Source: Betaproteobacteria bacterium RIFCSPLOWO2_02_FULL_65_20 (lineage in GTDB: Bacteria; Pseudomonadota; Gammaproteobacteria; Burkholderiales; SG8-39). From it: a stretch of 33,127 nt of DNA. Of the stretch, positions 26,564 through 33,127 are shown one piece after another. The translations under genes and the position numbers were made by a program. The notes under the pieces are model-generated. The model saw only the letters and a program-made list of their open reading frames with translations, was not told the DNA's origin and searched no databases. Numbering within the stretch: position 1 is the first letter of the stretch; each line of letters opens with the position of its first letter. Where the stretch lies: assembly GCA_001770425.1 (NCBI GenBank), contig MEQZ01000014.1, positions 5,300 to 38,426 of the forward strand, written 5' to 3'.

Positions 26564-26593
26564 GGAAGACTCCCTCCCTAGTAAGGACGGCTG

Positions 26594-26622
26594 ATTATCC
26601 GTTTCGCACTCCAGAATGTCAA
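26594..26622 (-). promoter_or_regulatory. Sigma70-type promoter for the liv operon
   Basis: Minus strand TTGACA (26622-26617), 17-nt spacer, GATAAT (26599-26594), 30 nt upstream of the livK ATG. Confidence 0.7.
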
Positions 26623-26659
26623 TTTGCACAACCTGTATTTTCTTAGCCGAATCACAGTC

Positions 26660-28705
<2,046 letters not shown>

Positions 28706-28926
28706 CGGAAGCACCACCGAGGGGGAAGAGTGGGGGCGATTATCCCTCGCCGCGGCGCGACGGATCTACCGCGACGGCGGTAGGGCCATTGCGTTGCCGG
28801 GGCGTCAGCACGTCGTCGGGCACGGGGGTCGCTCGTGTCGACGGATCCGGCCCCGCTCAGCCAGACCGCCTTTCACGGTTCATCGGCGAAGGCTAGAATG
28901 GCCTCTCTCCGTCGAGTCCAGGCGCC

Positions 28927-31290
28927 GTGAGCACCCAAACCAGCCCCGAGGCAGTCCGCAGGATTCTAGACCAGAGCACGTCGCGTGCCGAAGTCGAGCA
29001 GCTTCTGCAGCGCCTGTCGGAGGCCGAAAAGGCGGATCTCGTCCTTCAGCTTGCCGAGGACGCGCGTCGCAAGACGCTGTTCGTGGACATCGCCAACAGG
29101 GTTTCCGACAGCCTGTCACTGGACGTCCTGTTCCCCCGCCTGATGGAAGTGGTGACCGAAATGCTCGACGCGGACCGCAGCTCCCTGTTTCTCCATGACC
29201 CGGAGACCGGCGAGTTGTTTTCCCGCGTGATGCAAGGCAGCGTTATGGGCGAGGTGCGCTTTGGGGCCACGCTCGGCATCGCCGGCTCGGTGTTTGCGAG
29301 CGGAAGCGGGGAGATCATCGCCGACGCCTATGCCGATTCCCGCTTCAACCGCGATATGGACCGGCGCACCGGGTACCGTACGCGCAACATCCTGTGCGTT
29401 CCCATCCGCAACAGGAAGCAAGAGGTGATCGGCATCACCCAGGCGCTCAACAAGCGCGGGGGCGATTTCGACGCCGAGGATATGCAGCTGCTCGAGGCGC
29501 TGTCGCATCAGGCGGCCTCGGCGCTCGAGAACGCCCGGATATTCGAGAAAGTGGAGCGCGCGCAGCGCGAGGAGTTGCTGCTGCTCGAAGTGGTGAGCTC
29601 CATCGCCTCCGAAATCTTCCTTGAGCCGCTGCTGCAGAAGATCATCGACGCGGCGACGCTGCTTCTGGAAGCCGACCGCGGTTCGCTGTTTCTGTACGAC
29701 CCGGCGCGGGGCGAGCTGTATTCCCGCGTCGCCGGCGGCGCGACGATCAAGGAAATCCGGTTCCCCAGCAACGCCGGGATCGCCGGCGAATGCTTCACCG
29801 CAGGCGCGCCGGTCAACATACCCGACGCCTACGCCGACTCGCGATTCAATCCGGAGGTCGACAGGCGCACCGGGTACGAGACCAACAACATGCTGTGCAT
29901 GCCCATCACCACCCATCACGGCACCAGGGTCGGCGTGATGCAGATCCTCAACAAGAGGGCCGGATCCTTCGACCCCGGCGACGAGAAACGCCTGGTCGCG
30001 CTGTGCGCGCAGGCTGCGGTATCGATAGAGAATGCCCAGCTGTTCGAGCAGGTGAACGCGGCCCGCAACTACAACGAAGGCATCCTGCGCAGCATGAGCA
30101 ACGGCGTGGTCACGATGGACGCTTCGTGGACGATCACCAAGGTGAACCAGGCGGCGGTCCGTATCCTGCGCCGGGCCGAGGAGGACCTGCAGGGGAAAAC
30201 GCCGCACGCAGTCCTCGGCGAGCGCAACGCCTGGATCCTCAAGAGCCTGGAAAAAGTCCGCTCATCGGGCAAGACCGACATCACGGTGGACACCGACTTG
30301 CTGCTGGACAATCGCGAGGCGGTTTCGATCAACATGAGCACCGTGCCGCTGGTCACCGCCCAGGACCAGCCGGTCGGCTACATGCTGGTGATGGAGGACA
30401 TCAGCAGGGAAAAACGGCTGCGCAACACCATGTCGCGCTACATGAGCAAGGCCGTGGTCGACCAGTTGATCGAAGGCGGAGAGAAGGTGCTGGAGGCCTC
30501 GGGCCGCGAGGTCAGCGTGCTGTTCTCCGATATCCGGGGCTTCACCACCATCTCCGAGCGCCTGGGCGCCCGCGAGACGGTCGCGCTGCTCAACGAATAC
30601 TTCACCGACATGGTCGACATCGTATTCGCCCACAACGGCATCCTGGACAAATACATCGGCGACATGATCATGGCCGTGTTCGGGTCGGTGATGGCGCGCG
30701 ATCACGACGCCGACGATTCGGTGACGGTCGGCAATACGATGATGGTGGGCCTGCGCGAGCTGAACGCGCGCAGGCTGAAGACCGACCGCGAAGCTATCCG
30801 CATCGGGGTGGGAATCAGTACCGGGCACGTGGTGGTAGGCAACATCGGCTCGCCCAAACGCCTCGAATACACGGTGATTGGGGACCGCGTGAACCTGGCC
30901 GAGCGTCTCGAGGCGGCCAACAAGTATTACGGCACCGGCGTCCTGATATGCGAGCATACGGCGGCCAAGCTGCGGCGACCCGTTACGCTGCGGGAGATCG
31001 ATTTCATACGCGTGCGCGGCTTGATGCGGCCGCTTGCGGTCTACGAAGCGCTGGATCACCACACTGAAGAGAGCTTCGTGCATCGCGCCGAGGTTCTGGC
31101 GGCGTACGCCGAGGGTCTGCGGCTGTACCGGATGCGCGACTGGGCGCGCGCGGCGAGTTGCTTCCGCACCGCGTCCCTGGCCAATCCGGACGACAGGCCT
31201 TCGCGCGTTTTCTGGGAACGTTGCCTGCAATACGTCGAGACGCCGCCGTCGGATAGCTGGGATGGCGTCTGGACGGTGACGAACATCTGA
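28927..31290 (+). CDS. Class III adenylate cyclase with GAF-GAF-PAS-cyclase-TPR architecture (CyaB1-like)
   Basis: Two GAF domains, each with DAYADSRFN and NK...FD..D; PAS region; FSDIRGFT, DKYIGD, GNIGS and EYTVIGDRVNLAERLE; TPR-like tail. Confidence 0.9.
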   Translation: MSTQTSPEAVRRILDQSTSRAEVEQLLQRLSEAEKADLVLQLAEDARRKTLFVDIANRVSDSLSLDVLFPRLMEVVTEMLDADRSSLFLHDPETGELFSRVMQGSVMGEVRFGATLGIAGSVFASGSGEIIADAYADSRFNRDMDRRTGYRTRNILCVPIRNRKQEVIGITQALNKRGGDFDAEDMQLLEALSHQAASALENARIFEKVERAQREELLLLEVVSSIASEIFLEPLLQKIIDAATLLLEADRGSLFLYDPARGELYSRVAGGATIKEIRFPSNAGIAGECFTAGAPVNIPDAYADSRFNPEVDRRTGYETNNMLCMPITTHHGTRVGVMQILNKRAGSFDPGDEKRLVALCAQAAVSIENAQLFEQVNAARNYNEGILRSMSNGVVTMDASWTITKVNQAAVRILRRAEEDLQGKTPHAVLGERNAWILKSLEKVRSSGKTDITVDTDLLLDNREAVSINMSTVPLVTAQDQPVGYMLVMEDISREKRLRNTMSRYMSKAVVDQLIEGGEKVLEASGREVSVLFSDIRGFTTISERLGARETVALLNEYFTDMVDIVFAHNGILDKYIGDMIMAVFGSVMARDHDADDSVTVGNTMMVGLRELNARRLKTDREAIRIGVGISTGHVVVGNIGSPKRLEYTVIGDRVNLAERLEAANKYYGTGVLICEHTAAKLRRPVTLREIDFIRVRGLMRPLAVYEALDHHTEESFVHRAEVLAAYAEGLRLYRMRDWARAASCFRTASLANPDDRPSRVFWERCLQYVETPPSDSWDGVWTVTNI

Positions 31291-31326
31291 CCGTCCTTGG
31301 AGCCGCCGACAGCGTGAACGTCCGCG

Positions 31327-31375
31327 GCCTGACTTGGGGAAATGAGGGGGCCGTGCCCCACTCATATCGTCAGGC
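31327..31375. terminator. Long imperfect hairpin between convergent genes
   Basis: Outer GCCTGAC/GTCAGGC and inner ATGAG-GGGGC/GCCCC-A-CTCAT pairing. Confidence 0.45.
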
Positions 31376-31379
31376 GGTC

Positions 31380-32684
31380 TCAATCCTCGTTTAATCCGTA
31401 CCGCTCGACGAACCCTTTGGGGTCGAGCGCCGGGCCCCTGTAATCGGCCTGCATGTAGTCGCAGCCGAGTTCCTTGAGCCGGCCCGCGGCCGCGTCGTCC
31501 GCAACGCCGACGGCAACAACGTCCAGTCTCAGGTGGTGGGCAAGCTCGATCAGCGACTGCAGGATGCGCTCGGACTTCTGAACGTCTGCCAGATCGCTCG
31601 CGGCAGCGACGTCGATCTTGATTTCCTGAAACGGCAGGGTCGCAAGCCAAAACAGAGACGAAAGCGCCTGGCCCGCGTCGTCGATCGACAGCTTCACGCC
31701 GAGCGCCTTCAGCCGCACCAGTGTTTCCCGCGCCGCGGCATCTGCGCGCAACACCGAAGTCTCCCCGATCTCGATGACGAGCCTGCCCGGCCTCAGACTC
31801 CAGGTGCGCAGCGCGCGTTCGACGACTTCGGGAAGCTCCGTGTGCAGCAGCACACGCCCTGGAATGTTGACGCCGATGCGCAAATCCAGCCCGGCGCTGT
31901 AGCGGAACTCCGAAACGTTTCGCAGCGCCCGATTCAGTATCGAAGAAACCAGTTCGGTGACCACGCCTGCCGATTCGGCCGCCGCAAAAGCGTCCTCCGC
32001 CGGGACCACGCCCAGTTTGGCGTCGCGCCCGCGCAGCAGGCTATCGGCCCCCATGATCTGTCCGAGGCGCAGATCGTACTGCGGCTGGAACAGCAGTTCG
32101 AGCGCGTCCTCCGCAACCGCCGTGCGCAGCCGGTTCTCGTACATGAACCGCGCCTGCCCCGGATTCTCCCGGTCTCCCGCGTACACCGCGATCCGGCCCG
32201 CAATGTCCCGCGCGGCAACGCACGCGCTCTTGGCCCGCTGCACCAGGGACTCGGCCTCATCGCCGTGGTCCGGATACATGGCGATCCCGATCGCGGGGCG
32301 CGTGTAGATCTCTTCCTCGCCCATCCAAAGCGGCGCGGCAACCACGCGCAGGATCTTCTCCGCCGCAAGCAGCGCCACGGCTGGACCCTCGACGGTCGAC
32401 AGTACGCAGGCGATGTCGTCCGGACCCATGTCGCCGACCAGATCATCCGGGCGGAGCACGTCTGCGCGCAGCGACGCGGCGATCCGGGCACGCACGGCGT
32501 CGCCGACCTGGTATCCCCACAGGGCGTTGATCTGCCCCATCACCCCGCACTTCATCAGCAGCACGGCCAGATTCCGGCCGTCGGCGCGCCGTTCCGCGAC
32601 GCGGCCGCGCAGCGCCTCCAGAAACGGGATTTCGGCGGCCGGCGAGCCGCGTGCCGCCGGCTCGGCAGAGTCCGCCTCGCTCAC
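31380..32684 (-). CDS. GGDEF-EAL protein with both domains degenerate
   Basis: GTG start overlaps the upstream TGA. WGYQVGD; GPDDI in place of GGDEF; IGIAMYPDHG; FQPQYDL; ADSLLR in place of EAL; SIDDAG; EIKID; CDYMQA. Confidence 0.85.
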   Translation of the reverse strand: MSEADSAEPAARGSPAAEIPFLEALRGRVAERRADGRNLAVLLMKCGVMGQINALWGYQVGDAVRARIAASLRADVLRPDDLVGDMGPDDIACVLSTVEGPAVALLAAEKILRVVAAPLWMGEEEIYTRPAIGIAMYPDHGDEAESLVQRAKSACVAARDIAGRIAVYAGDRENPGQARFMYENRLRTAVAEDALELLFQPQYDLRLGQIMGADSLLRGRDAKLGVVPAEDAFAAAESAGVVTELVSSILNRALRNVSEFRYSAGLDLRIGVNIPGRVLLHTELPEVVERALRTWSLRPGRLVIEIGETSVLRADAAARETLVRLKALGVKLSIDDAGQALSSLFWLATLPFQEIKIDVAAASDLADVQKSERILQSLIELAHHLRLDVVAVGVADDAAAGRLKELGCDYMQADYRGPALDPKGFVERYGLNED

Positions 32685-33127
32685 AGGAAGAGCTCGCGCG
32701 GATCGATCTTCACGCTGTCGTACTCCAGTGTGCGCTGGATCCGGTACGGCTCGTCGGGTCCGACTTTCGGCTCCTTCATCAGGTCGAGCATCTTGTACGG
32801 AATGAGCGGGTTGCCCTTGGCGTCCTTGACGACCATGATGCGCGGCTGCAACCGGCGCACCATGTTCTGGGCGATCACGACCGCGACCTCGCCGCTGTTG
32901 AGTTCGACCACGCTTCCCACCGGGAAAACGCCTATGCACTGTATGAACTGCTCGACCAGTGCCGGGTGGAACTGCTTGCCGCGCCCCTTGTAGATGATGC
33001 TCAGCGCATTTGCAGGCGATATGTTCTCCCCGAACGGGGGCGGCGCCGTGAGCGTGTCGTATGCATCGACGATCCCCGCGATCAAGCCTGATAGAGCGAT
33101 CGCGTCGCCGCGCAGTCCGCGCGGGTA
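32681..33127 (-). CDS. HD-GYP domain protein, C-terminal part (5' end beyond the window)
   Basis: Open from the window edge: YPRGLRGDAI...GIVDAYDTLT...FHPALVEQFIQCIGVFPVGSVVELNSGE. Confidence 0.85.
   Translation of the reverse strand, partial: YPRGLRGDAIALSGLIAGIVDAYDTLTAPPPFGENISPANALSIIYKGRGKQFHPALVEQFIQCIGVFPVGSVVELNSGEVAVVIAQNMVRRLQPRIMVVKDAKGNPLIPYKMLDLMKEPKVGPDEPYRIQRTLEYDSVKIDPRELFL

Overview
GC-rich bacterial DNA, most likely a Betaproteobacterium (Burkholderiales-like); this is inferred from two Bug/TctC genes and the style of the livKHMGF operon. All product calls come from motif recognition only, with no database search. Left to right: (1) the 5' end of a LOG-family gene. (2) A less GC-rich catabolic block (about 350-8800) bracketed by an 11-bp direct repeat, encoding an Arg-less Rid protein, an Ldh_2 dehydrogenase, a 3-His cupin, a cysteine hydrolase, a CocE/NonD hydrolase, two divergent Bug solute-binding proteins and a His-rich LVIVD protein. 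(3) A probable operon of a ThDP enzyme, a fused double-DUF1538 membrane protein and two non-canonical P-II-like proteins. (4) An MFS transporter, an orphan xanthine-dehydrogenase-family Mo subunit, an MBL hydrolase, an FG-GAP protein, a dienelactone hydrolase and a 44-aa basic ORF. (5) NnrS-like and DUF59 genes plus a probable cNMP-domain remnant. (6) livKHMGF, with a 29-bp tandem repeat between livM and livG that forms an unbroken chain of stop/start-overlapping mini-ORFs. (7) A YyaL-like protein, a CyaB1-like GAF-GAF-PAS adenylate cyclase, a doubly degenerate GGDEF-EAL protein and a partial HD-GYP gene. I saw no rRNA, tRNA, CRISPR array, integrase or transposase. The best candidates for undescribed biology are the DUF1538 plus dual P-II module, the livM-livG mini-ORF relay and the orphan catabolic island.
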